From NCBI GenBank assembly GCA_965237905.1, contig OZ250172.1, forward strand, positions 928,001-992,000: a stretch of 64,000 nucleotides of DNA. Direction: 5' to 3'. Positions 8,738 through 17,289 of this stretch are shown here, piece by piece (the first letter of the stretch is position 1; every line of letters begins with the position of its first letter). Position numbers and translations under genes: made by a program. The stretch is from Nitrospinaceae bacterium. Its GTDB lineage: Bacteria > Nitrospinota > Nitrospinia > Nitrospinales > Nitrospinaceae. Below the pieces are notes generated by a model that saw only the letters and a list, made by a program, of their open reading frames with translations, was not told the origin of the DNA and made no database searches.

Positions 8738-10014
8738 TGAATGCCTCCCAATAATTTCCCCAGAAAAAGCCTGGCCAGCTTTTCATCAATACCCGCCAGC
8801 CCGATTCGAATAACATGGCCGCGTTTAGGTTCACCCAGCACAGCCAAACTTAAATACACATCATGCAATTTAGGATATTTTTTGTATGGACGCACACAAT
8901 ACGCCGCCTTCCAGTCATGATCCGCAAGCTTGATGAATTTATTTGAGCAACTGAACTCCGCAACTTCCTTTTCGGTGGCGTAAGGGTAATAATGCCTTTT
9001 GGAATAACTGTTAGAATATATTTTATAAAATCCCAAAGGGCTGAGGACTTCACTCTCCATCCAAACAAATGAATACTCAATCGCACCGGTATTCATTTTT
9101 GAGGAAAGATAAACATTGTATTCACTTCTGCACCGCTTGCGGCCGAAGGAGTACAGTTGGCCATCCTTAAGGTCTTCGGGGCTGCTATCTCCCCAACACT
9201 TGATTGCGGAGGCCAGCATATTTTGAGGAATCTTGAGGGAACCGAAGTTTTCCAAAGACAACTTCGTTTTAAGAATTTTCCGGATTGCGCGATCGTGTTT
9301 TTCCAAAATCTGATCTTGAATGATCTCCCGCCAATTCTGCGATTGCCTCTCCTCAGTTTTTTTCCTGGCTAGCTTTTTGAGATACTCCACAGGAACCAGA
9401 TAGCTCAAATCATTGCCCTCAATCGCAACATTGACGCCTATGACCTTTCCCGAGGAACTGAACGCAGGGCCTCCGCTCATTCCAGGATTCAAGGGAGCGG
9501 AGAGTAAAATATGCTGATAAGGATTTACACCGACCAGACCGTTGAATGTTCCTTCGATGATAGTCATCCCCAAATCCAACGGATTGCCCATGGGATAAAC
9601 GCGATCTCCCTTCAACCGGTTCGAGGATCCCAAAGTAAGAAAAGGCACGTTACTGCTCTCGTCTTTTAAAATAGCAAGATCATGCGCCACATCGAGCGCC
9701 AGGATGGACAACTCCCCCTTTTTTTCGGTGCCTTTGTGATATTCGATACGATACCGTTCTGGAGTGTCCACAACATCAGAGATCACGTGGTAATTGGTGG
9801 CGAAAAGCCCTTTTTTGGAAAAGCTGAAACCAGAACCGATCACAGATTTTTCACCCGAACTGATATCGATGATCTGAACTTGATACACCGAATCGCTGTG
9901 ACGCTCATATATATTCTGCGCTGTTTCCGTCAATCCCCAAGTGATGCCTGCCAGGATCGAAAGGATGAGCAACGAAAAAGAAGAGATTAGGATGGGCTTA
10001 TAAAAAAATTTCAT
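8725..10014 (-). CDS. Trypsin-like (S1C-type) serine protease, exported, with a Cys-containing C-terminal domain
   Basis: Catalytic triad motifs ATNYHV, HDLAIL and PGMSGGP; N-terminal hydrophobic segment. ATG at 10014 (the ORF track starts at 10038); overlaps the FHA gene start. Confidence 0.9.
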   Translation of the reverse strand: MKFFYKPILISSFSLLILSILAGITWGLTETAQNIYERHSDSVYQVQIIDISSGEKSVIGSGFSFSKKGLFATNYHVISDVVDTPERYRIEYHKGTEKKGELSILALDVAHDLAILKDESSNVPFLTLGSSNRLKGDRVYPMGNPLDLGMTIIEGTFNGLVGVNPYQHILLSAPLNPGMSGGPAFSSSGKVIGVNVAIEGNDLSYLVPVEYLKKLARKKTEERQSQNWREIIQDQILEKHDRAIRKILKTKLSLENFGSLKIPQNMLASAIKCWGDSSPEDLKDGQLYSFGRKRCRSEYNVYLSSKMNTGAIEYSFVWMESEVLSPLGFYKIYSNSYSKRHYYPYATEKEVAEFSCSNKFIKLADHDWKAAYCVRPYKKYPKLHDVYLSLAVLGEPKRGHVIRIGLAGIDEKLARLFLGKLLGGIQWID

Positions 10015-10237
10015 AGATTGCGAAGTTCTAATTTTCAAAAGGCTTCAACTCGGTCATGCTGTTTTCCCAGAATAAGGCCCAATGTGATGAAAATAAATCA
10101 AAAAAGGTCCTTACCCACATGTGATTTCTCAATCAGGAATCGGCAGAACTCACGACCAGATAAGTTCCGGCAAGCATATCCTATTGATAAAACGCTCGGT
10201 AGAGGGAATTGGTCGGGTCTTGCAAATTAACGAGAGG

Positions 10238-10540
10238 TCAATCGTCGGCGAGGTCTTCGGATACATCGGCGATCAGCTTGAGGGCGCCCAGGACTCTGAG
10301 CCGTTCGTCCGAGTCGGAGCCTTCCAGCCATACCCGGTAACCGCTTTCTTCCAGAACGGTTTTGGCGGGCCGCCCGTCTTCCAGATGGCCCTCCAGATTT
10401 TCGAGACACGCAATATCTTTTTGGGCCTGGGCGGCAATCCCCTCAAACTCTGCGGCTTCCTGAATATACTGAAAGGTGTGAGCGGAGTCCGGCAATTGCC
10501 AGGAAAGCTCTGCTAGAATCGGGTGGGCTTTAGAATTCAT
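10238..10540 (-). CDS. Hypothetical protein (100 aa, acidic, predicted helical)
   Basis: ATG start 15 nt after the TIR/TPR gene stop; protein-like composition; no motif recognised. Confidence 0.65.
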   Translation of the reverse strand: MNSKAHPILAELSWQLPDSAHTFQYIQEAAEFEGIAAQAQKDIACLENLEGHLEDGRPAKTVLEESGYRVWLEGSDSDERLRVLGALKLIADVSEDLADD

Positions 10541-10555
10541 TGCTATTCACATCTC

Positions 10556-11854
10556 CTATGGTATCCGGTTCAGGGATTCGCGTAACGCAATCAGACGGTC
10601 TCTCAAAGTAACAGCCCAGAGCTCCTCATGAAAACTCAAAACTTCTTCGGCCCGATCAAGGTAGATGTTGACCCGCTCATGGTCTCGCAGGCGATAATAA
10701 GTATCGCCCAGATCCAACAGTAGGTGCGCTTCTTCTTTTCTATTTTCCAAATATTTTGCGGCGTTTAAAGCCAACTCCAAATATTCCGCGGTCCGTTCCA
10801 ATTCTCCCGCCTTTTGATAATTCAGGCCGATGCCTACCAGTAGTTCCAATTCTTTTTCATGATTTTCAAATTCCCGATAAATCGCCAGAGCTTTCAGATA
10901 GCACTCGATCGCGCGTGTTATTTTATCCTGCTTGACATAAACATACCCAAGGCCGTTATAGGCGCTCCCGACGAAAGCGCGCAAGCCGTTGGAATCGGCC
11001 CGCAACAATTGTTCCTGATAATACGTTTTAGCGGCTTCGATATCCCCTGAAATCGCAAAGGCATCGCCCAGGCTTGCCAACAACTCGCACTCTTCTTCCA
11101 CATTTTCAGCTTCACGCACAATTACAAGTTGTTCCTGAAAACATTGAATCGCCCGTTGAGTCTGACTCAATTTTGTAAAAGCCAAACCTAATGCGGATAG
11201 CGCATTCTTTTCTCTGGCACGATCGCCCAAGCGGCGCGCTTCTTCCAAATTAAATCGTTCCGACTCGATCACCCGGCGCAACTCCAGAGCTCCAGAAAAC
11301 TCCAAACCCAATCCTATCGGTTGAAGCGGCCTGCCTTCAGCATCCGTTAGATCCCGGTAATTCTGGTAAATTGATTGAGATAATTTTTCCTCCACCTCCC
11401 TTTTGAAGTCCAGTTCCTCTTCGACATCCTCTAGAAACTGATGCAAATCTTCGGACCAAAATGCGTTTCTCAACCGATACGATTTGCATTCCAGCAAACG
11501 TTTCCAGGCACCCGGCGCGTTCTGTTTTTCTGGAAGTATAACGTCATCAATCAACAACGAAACGATTAATAAATCCAAATTCATTGCCGTGACGATTTCA
11601 AACCGAAGGCGTTCATTCAACAGCCGGTCGCCGATAAGGGACTCCGATCGTTCCGTAGAGGACGATTCCCCCTCAATCACCACAAACAGAGCATCACAAA
11701 CCGCCAGGCTTTTTTTGATTTTTTCCGGAACAAATCCATCACGCTCACTCCCTAATATGCACTTCCCTTCCAGGAACGATTCACACGCGGTGGTTAATCT
11801 TTCAACCACCGGTTCGGACTCGCGGGAAACCCAACTGAAATAAAACATCGACAT
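10556..11854 (-). CDS. TIR-like domain plus tetratricopeptide-repeat protein
   Basis: N-terminus FYFSW...IKKSLAVCDALFVVI...RLRFEIVTAMNLDLLIVSLLID...SYRLRNAFWSEDL follows the TIR_2 pattern. The C-terminal half has about 5 TPRs (ALSALGLAF, LLASLGDAF, AYNGLGYVY, LLVGIGLNY, LLLDLGDTY). Confidence 0.75.
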   Translation of the reverse strand: MSMFYFSWVSRESEPVVERLTTACESFLEGKCILGSERDGFVPEKIKKSLAVCDALFVVIEGESSSTERSESLIGDRLLNERLRFEIVTAMNLDLLIVSLLIDDVILPEKQNAPGAWKRLLECKSYRLRNAFWSEDLHQFLEDVEEELDFKREVEEKLSQSIYQNYRDLTDAEGRPLQPIGLGLEFSGALELRRVIESERFNLEEARRLGDRAREKNALSALGLAFTKLSQTQRAIQCFQEQLVIVREAENVEEECELLASLGDAFAISGDIEAAKTYYQEQLLRADSNGLRAFVGSAYNGLGYVYVKQDKITRAIECYLKALAIYREFENHEKELELLVGIGLNYQKAGELERTAEYLELALNAAKYLENRKEEAHLLLDLGDTYYRLRDHERVNIYLDRAEEVLSFHEELWAVTLRDRLIALRESLNRIP

Positions 11855-11866
11855 TTTAAAATCGGA

Positions 11867-12409
11867 TTAAGATGAGGAATGGACTTCAATGCAATCTTCT
11901 ATCTTTTTTTGCTGACTCAGACGATTGACGATCCCTTCTTTCAACTCATCACTGAATTCGTTGATTCCGCCATCGTCACATCCTTCAATTTTCCATTCAT
12001 ACCCCTCAAACAAGTTTCCGCCGTTGCACAGGGCTTCAATCTCCTTGACGGCTTCTTCTTTGCTTTCGGATTTTAACGGAACTTCCAGATGGGTATTCAC
12101 GGGAATGTGAGCCACGTTGAGTTCGAATTGTATCTTCGAGCCATTCCAGAAAACGCTGTCCTCAGGCTCTTCCTGCTCGAGGCGTTCAAGGATATCAGCC
12201 CGTAACTGGTCATTGAAATCATGGATGCCGCCTTCGGCACACCCTTCAATTTTCCACTCGTACCCCTTAAACAGATCATCGCATTCCAGCATCCGGGTCA
12301 CTTCCTTACACGCTTCCTCATTGGTGGTTCTGGATTTTAAGATCACTTCCAGGTTGGTATAAACCGAAACATTGCGCACTTTTAGTATATATTTCGAATG
12401 GTTTTCCAT
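11867..12409 (-). CDS. Hypothetical protein made of two tandem ~85-aa homologous domains
   Basis: Repeated motif LFKGYEWKIEGCAEGGIHDF / LFEGYEWKIEGCDDGGINEF; start at ATG 12409 or 12433. Confidence 0.8.
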   Translation of the reverse strand: MENHSKYILKVRNVSVYTNLEVILKSRTTNEEACKEVTRMLECDDLFKGYEWKIEGCAEGGIHDFNDQLRADILERLEQEEPEDSVFWNGSKIQFELNVAHIPVNTHLEVPLKSESKEEAVKEIEALCNGGNLFEGYEWKIEGCDDGGINEFSDELKEGIVNRLSQQKKIEDCIEVHSSS

Positions 12410-12673
12410 CGTCAAAATTTCCCTTGGCTGCATTTTTCATGATGCCTTCTAATAAACGAATGTCTACTATACAAGCTAACCAACCAAGGGTCAGCCAAAA
12501 TCGCTAACCCCTTATTAAATAAAATACATTCCCCTTTCCATTTTCCATCCCTTTTCGTAAGAAAGGCCTGTTCATAAACGCCTCCAAGTCTCTCAAGTCG
12601 AATAGTCCAAGAAGATCCGTCTGAAACAGCCCTCAATCCGTCAACCGAAACCCTTGATATTTCATTCATTAAT

Positions 12674-12705
12674 AACAAAAAGGTAAACATGTTTACTTTT
12701 TTGTT
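12674..12705. promoter_or_regulatory. 32-bp palindrome (core GTAAACATGTTTAC), likely the operator of the TetR at 13646
   Basis: AACAAAAAGGTAAACA|TGTTTACTTTTTTGTT with one mismatched pair, 33 nt upstream of the operon start. Confidence 0.7.
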
Positions 12706-12738
12706 GTGTCCCACGAAACCCTGCTGTACCCTTAAACC

Positions 12739-13656
12739 ATGAGCACAATCGTTATTGCAGGTGGCAGTGGATTTATCGGACGGCATCTATGCCGATACTT
12801 CCAAAAACGTGGTTTCCAAGTGGTGATTTTGAGCCGACAACCCTCTTCAGCAGGTGAGCTTAAAACAGCCCAATGGAATGGGAAGAACCTGGGAAGGTGG
12901 GTCCCCTACCTCAATGGCGCGAGGGCTCTGATCAACTTAGCTGGGAAGCGCATTGACTGTGCACTGACCGCTGAAAATCGGAAAGAGATTCTTCAATCTC
13001 GATTAGACGCGATAAGTACCCTTCATTTGGCTATCCAGCAATGTGCGGACCCGCCAAGAGTATTTATCCAGGCAGGAGCTATGGGATATTTTGGCGACAC
13101 TAAAGAAAAAATTATTAAGGAAAATAACCCTTCCGGAAATGATTTTTTCAGCGAAGTGGCATCAACCTATGAAAATGAATTTATGAAATCTCCCGCTCCA
13201 GTAAATACCCGCAAGGTTGTTTTAAGAATCCCCTTTGCGCTTTTCAAAGATGGCGGAGTCCTCCCGCGATTTGAAAATCTGGTTAAGAGATATTTAGGTG
13301 GGACACAGGGTACGGGAAATCAGTTTATCTGCTGGGGACATATCTTGGATATCGCCAGGTGTTTTCATTGGGCCATTGAAAATGAAAAAGTAAGGGGAGC
13401 CTACAACCTCTGCTCACCCAATCCGATTCAAAATCGCCACTTCATGAAAACATTAAGAATCGTATTGGGAAGACGTTTTGGATTACCTTTGCCTGTCTGG
13501 ATTATCAAACTGGTATTTCATTATCTTTTAAAAACAGATCCACTATTGTTACTGAGTGGGCGTAATGCCAGCTCTGAGAGATTAAAAAAGGAAGGATTTA
13601 CTTTCTTACACCCGCATATAAAAGAGACTTTAGAGGATATCTATCATGAGGCCTAG
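12739..13656 (+). CDS. TIGR01777-family (YfcH-like) NAD-dependent epimerase/oxidoreductase
   Basis: Rossmann motif IAGGSGFIG, then INLAG, SRL, GTGNQFICWGH, GAYNLCSPNP and GFTFLHP. Confidence 0.9.
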   Translation: MSTIVIAGGSGFIGRHLCRYFQKRGFQVVILSRQPSSAGELKTAQWNGKNLGRWVPYLNGARALINLAGKRIDCALTAENRKEILQSRLDAISTLHLAIQQCADPPRVFIQAGAMGYFGDTKEKIIKENNPSGNDFFSEVASTYENEFMKSPAPVNTRKVVLRIPFALFKDGGVLPRFENLVKRYLGGTQGTGNQFICWGHILDIARCFHWAIENEKVRGAYNLCSPNPIQNRHFMKTLRIVLGRRFGLPLPVWIIKLVFHYLLKTDPLLLLSGRNASSERLKKEGFTFLHPHIKETLEDIYHEA

Positions 13657-14341
13657 TGTATTCAAATCTAAAAAGAAAGAAGAGTACTACCAAATTGCGA
13701 TGGAAGAATTCCTAAAAAATGGTTTTCATCAAACGACGATGAGAGACTTAGCCAAAAAATCCGGAAAATCACCAGGCGCTTTCTATAAACATTTCTCCTC
13801 TAAGGAGGAAATAGTTCATCATTTTTATCTTAGGGAACTGGAAAACTTCAAAAAAAAGGCCAAAGAGATAGAGTTGAGCCGGTTGAAATGCTCGAGACGC
13901 CTGATCGATCTATTTTCGTATCGATTCAAGGCATTTGCGTCCTACCATCAAATCCTGTTCGATATTGCCGGCACGGCAACAGATCCCCACTCACCGCTGT
14001 CGCCCTTCTCTCGCGAAGCACTTCCTATCAGAACCGCCTATATAAAAATCTTTAAAAAGGTTCTAAAGGGAACAGATTTTCATTGTCATAAAAACCTCGA
14101 AAAATATGTAGGAGCCTTACTGTGGTATTGCATGATGGCGATTCTATTTTTCTGGGTGTTTGACCGCAGTAAACATCAAACCAACACCACCAAATTAATC
14201 GAACTGTCTTTGCCGTTGGTGATCACTGGATTTAAAACAACCCGTTATCCTCTACCAAAACAAATCAACAAAAAACTTCATGCTTTTGTTCAATTATTAT
14301 TCAGGAGAAGTTCAATCTCAGGAGATTCTTATGAACATTGA
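13646..14341 (+). CDS. TetR/AcrR-family transcriptional regulator
   Basis: HTH GFHQTTMRDLAKKSGKSPGAFYKHFSSKEE; C-terminal DPHSPLSPFS and FWVFDRS motifs. Confidence 0.9.
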   Translation: MRPSVFKSKKKEEYYQIAMEEFLKNGFHQTTMRDLAKKSGKSPGAFYKHFSSKEEIVHHFYLRELENFKKKAKEIELSRLKCSRRLIDLFSYRFKAFASYHQILFDIAGTATDPHSPLSPFSREALPIRTAYIKIFKKVLKGTDFHCHKNLEKYVGALLWYCMMAILFFWVFDRSKHQTNTTKLIELSLPLVITGFKTTRYPLPKQINKKLHAFVQLLFRRSSISGDSYEH

Positions 14342-15197
14342 AGAAATTTACTTTAAGTTATTTTTACTCATTGCCTTTATCTTGGGTCCTACTCTGACCC
14401 AAGTTTTCATATTTAAAGGAAAGGGTCCTAAATCATATGCCCTTATCCATAAAATAGTCATTGCCATTTTAATTATAGGTGAACTGGCACACCTGAGTGT
14501 TCTTTCTCTTGTTTGGCCTATTTTTTGTGCCTATGGATTGATTATTCTTTTGCGATTGAACGGGTTCAGCATCTTCTCACACCCCCTCACTCTCTTCACA
14601 AATACATTTATGCTACTTTCAAACCCTCGCGCTCTTCTCGAGTTAGTCGCACTGGGATTTAGCATCGGAGGGTCTTTTTGGTTTTTGGGCGGAGTCTTTA
14701 ATTTCGACCTAGTGGGTTATGACGCCTTTTGGTGCTACTTAACCGCCTTGCATTTTAATTTCCTCGGGTGGCTTTTAGTAGGATGCCTGAGCTACTTATC
14801 CCGCTATTACAATGGGATTCATTCAAAGGTATTTTTGGCAGGAGGATTTTTGATTACGGGGTTTTTTATGTTAGTCGCTATGGGATTCCATGGCGTACCC
14901 TATGTCAAGCTTTTAGCCGTTCCCGGATTATCCTTGGTTGTTCCTTTCCTACTGTTCTGGCATTTTGTCAACACGCTTAAACAATCCAGGATATATGTCT
15001 CACTATTTGCTGGCATTAGTGTGTTGGCCAATCTCTTATCTATGGTTTTAGCCTTCGCCTATGAATTTTCCATAGCGATTCTAGGAACTTCTTATAACAT
15101 CCACAACATGATACCCACCCATGGGCTTTTAAATGCGATCGTAGTGATCCCGGCTTTATTAATCTCACTATTTTTGATGAAAAAACAGCACCATTAG
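14331..15197 (+). CDS. YndJ-like polytopic membrane protein
   Basis: About 9 TM segments; LTALHFNFLG and MIPTHGLLNA motifs. Start at ATG 14331 (AGGAG RBS). Confidence 0.7.
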   Translation: MNIEEIYFKLFLLIAFILGPTLTQVFIFKGKGPKSYALIHKIVIAILIIGELAHLSVLSLVWPIFCAYGLIILLRLNGFSIFSHPLTLFTNTFMLLSNPRALLELVALGFSIGGSFWFLGGVFNFDLVGYDAFWCYLTALHFNFLGWLLVGCLSYLSRYYNGIHSKVFLAGGFLITGFFMLVAMGFHGVPYVKLLAVPGLSLVVPFLLFWHFVNTLKQSRIYVSLFAGISVLANLLSMVLAFAYEFSIAILGTSYNIHNMIPTHGLLNAIVVIPALLISLFLMKKQHH

Positions 15198-15273
15198 GAT
15201 CCGCTATGAAACGAGAATACTAATAGTTAGAATCCTTTGACCGCAACTGCAATTAAGAGGTTACGGTATCGGT

Positions 15274-15933
15274 TTAATCCCTCTTGGGTGCTTTTTGCTT
15301 AAGAAGGCTGGCGATAGCCGCTTCGGTTTCCCGGTATCTTCCTTCACCGAAGTGAGTGTACCGCACCACGCCGTTTTTATCGATCAGGTAGAAAGCCGGC
15401 CAATATCGGTTGCGATAGGCCCGCCAAAGTTTGAATCCATTGTCCAAAGCAATTGGGAAGGTGAGCCCGTGTTTTTTAACCGCCTGTTTGACGTTAGTCA
15501 GCTTTCGCTCAAACTGAAATTCCGGCGCGTGGATGCCGAGGACCACCAGTCCGTCCTTGGCGTACTTCTCATGCCAGGCTTGAACGTGGGGGAACGTGTT
15601 GATGCAATTGAAACAGGAGTAAGTCCAAAAATCCACGAGGATCACTTTTCCGCGCAGTTCTTTCATTGAGTTTATTTTTTCCGAATTGATCCAATGGCTG
15701 AGTCCCGAAATTTCCGGAGCGTTAAAAAGAGCCGGCAGTGAAGAAGGCTGTGGCTTGGTAGAATGTGCCATTACATAAGGAACGGAAGCAAGTAAAAGAG
15801 ACATCCAAAAAAATCCCGCAATCAGAACACTGACGCCAGACCACTTACCGATCGATCCCCTGATCCCACCCGCACTCTGGCTAAAAAGTAGGGTGGATAG
15901 CCTATTTGATGAATTGTTCTTCAGAAAATGCAT
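15274..15933 (-). CDS. Membrane-anchored or exported thioredoxin-like protein (DipZ/TlpA-type redoxin)
   Basis: LRGKVILVDFWTYSCFNC (CxxC), GIHAPEF, NRYWPAFYLID and HFGEG. Start at ATG 15933 (AAAGGAG RBS) or 15954. Confidence 0.9.
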   Translation of the reverse strand: MHFLKNNSSNRLSTLLFSQSAGGIRGSIGKWSGVSVLIAGFFWMSLLLASVPYVMAHSTKPQPSSLPALFNAPEISGLSHWINSEKINSMKELRGKVILVDFWTYSCFNCINTFPHVQAWHEKYAKDGLVVLGIHAPEFQFERKLTNVKQAVKKHGLTFPIALDNGFKLWRAYRNRYWPAFYLIDKNGVVRYTHFGEGRYRETEAAIASLLKQKAPKRD

Positions 15934-15975
15934 ATTATGAACTCCTTTCAGCATAAAACAAATTATTGCAACAGA

Positions 15976-16467
15976 TTAGATATTATTGGAAGCCATTTCT
16001 GCAGAATGGTCGTTTCCTTGAGCCAGATGATTTTTCTCTCGTTTTATAGCCAGACGCAGTAAGTAAAAAGATGCGATGACAAGTACTATATCCTCTACAA
16101 CTGTCCAGCCCGTTAGCGGACGGGAAAAAAATACACCAAAGCAACCGCAATTGAGTACCGATACTCCACGCCATAAAGTCACCAATGTCCAAAGCGTAAA
16201 TATGGAATGCAACACCAGAGAGCCCAAGGCACCCATAACAAGCGTGTTGTCTCGAAAAAGCCATTCGGAAATTCTCAATTCCACCAGAATCAAAGTGACA
16301 GCAACCAAGTGCAGTCCCCAATCGGGAATGGCCTGATAGGTAATGAGAACTTGAACAAAACCCGGCACATCCAGTAGTTTTCCGAGACCGGAGAGAAGCA
16401 GGACCGAGGCTATAAAATAACGCAGAACTCCAATAACAATTTTATTGGTAGTTGACAGTCCAGTCAT
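15976..16467 (-). CDS. MauE/DoxX-family redox-associated membrane protein
   Basis: LLSGLGKL, four TM segments and NCGCFG motif; start uncertain (16467 chosen; the ORF track gives 16533). Confidence 0.8.
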   Translation of the reverse strand: MTGLSTTNKIVIGVLRYFIASVLLLSGLGKLLDVPGFVQVLITYQAIPDWGLHLVAVTLILVELRISEWLFRDNTLVMGALGSLVLHSIFTLWTLVTLWRGVSVLNCGCFGVFFSRPLTGWTVVEDIVLVIASFYLLRLAIKREKNHLAQGNDHSAEMASNNI

Positions 16468-17269
16468 AGGGAATAAATTCCACTTCAAAGGTTTCATCGA
16501 TGGGTGAAGTACGATAGCGATTGATGTACTCAATAAGCGATGACGCTGTTTTCGGATTCACAAAGTCCTCTTCGTAGAAACTGAAAATTTCTGAGAGCCG
16601 AACCTTACGGGCAGATTCCACGACTTTCACATGACGAGGCTTATTGGCAAATTCTCTGGCCAAGACGTTTAGGGTGCTATCCAAGTCCTCTGCCCGGAAA
16701 GGGGTTTGGGGAAGACGGGGACAGGCCTTGACCATACAGTTGAGCGCAAAATGCACCCGAGGGTCACCCAAAGGTCGAATGATATCGTTTTCATAATCGT
16801 ACAGTGAAATCTCCTCGCCGCCGATACTAAAACGTGTGAATGCGAAAAATTTTGCCCGGTCCGTAAAACTTTGAAAATCATTCGGGAATTTGTAGGAAAT
16901 GACTCCGTACATGGCCAGGGCGTTGTAGGAGTTCAGATAATATGCCATCCGATCATCAGGAGTCGAAAACTTCTCAGGGTTTTTCTCCGGGCTGGTTTGG
17001 GAAATATATGAAACCACCTGATACAAAGATGCGGGATTTTCGGCAACGCTTTTAAAAGCGACCCGGCCTTGCGAATCTACCGATTGCATCAATACTTGAG
17101 CCCAGGATTCCTGCGCCGATTCCTTGGACACCGTTTGATGTTCTGCCTTTTGAAGTGATGGAGGCTGGATCACGGTCACGCACCCCGACATCAAAAGGCC
17201 GCATACAAAGATCAATCCGGCATGGAAAAACCGTAATTTCGAATCAAACCATACTTTAATAATATTCAT
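16442..17269 (-). CDS. DUF547-domain lipoprotein
   Basis: Lipobox LMSGC; MAYYLNSYNAL, SLYDYEN..IR, DPRVHFALNC..KACP.L, LSEIFSFYEEDF and YDWTVN motifs. Confidence 0.9.
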   Translation of the reverse strand: MNIIKVWFDSKLRFFHAGLIFVCGLLMSGCVTVIQPPSLQKAEHQTVSKESAQESWAQVLMQSVDSQGRVAFKSVAENPASLYQVVSYISQTSPEKNPEKFSTPDDRMAYYLNSYNALAMYGVISYKFPNDFQSFTDRAKFFAFTRFSIGGEEISLYDYENDIIRPLGDPRVHFALNCMVKACPRLPQTPFRAEDLDSTLNVLAREFANKPRHVKVVESARKVRLSEIFSFYEEDFVNPKTASSLIEYINRYRTSPIDETFEVEFIPYDWTVNYQ

Positions 17270-17289
17270 CAGGCCACCTCATAATATTT

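Noticed and set aside
12412..12786. 124-aa minus-strand ORF
   Set aside because: It overlaps both flanking genes and runs through an AT-rich promoter region with an operator palindrome.
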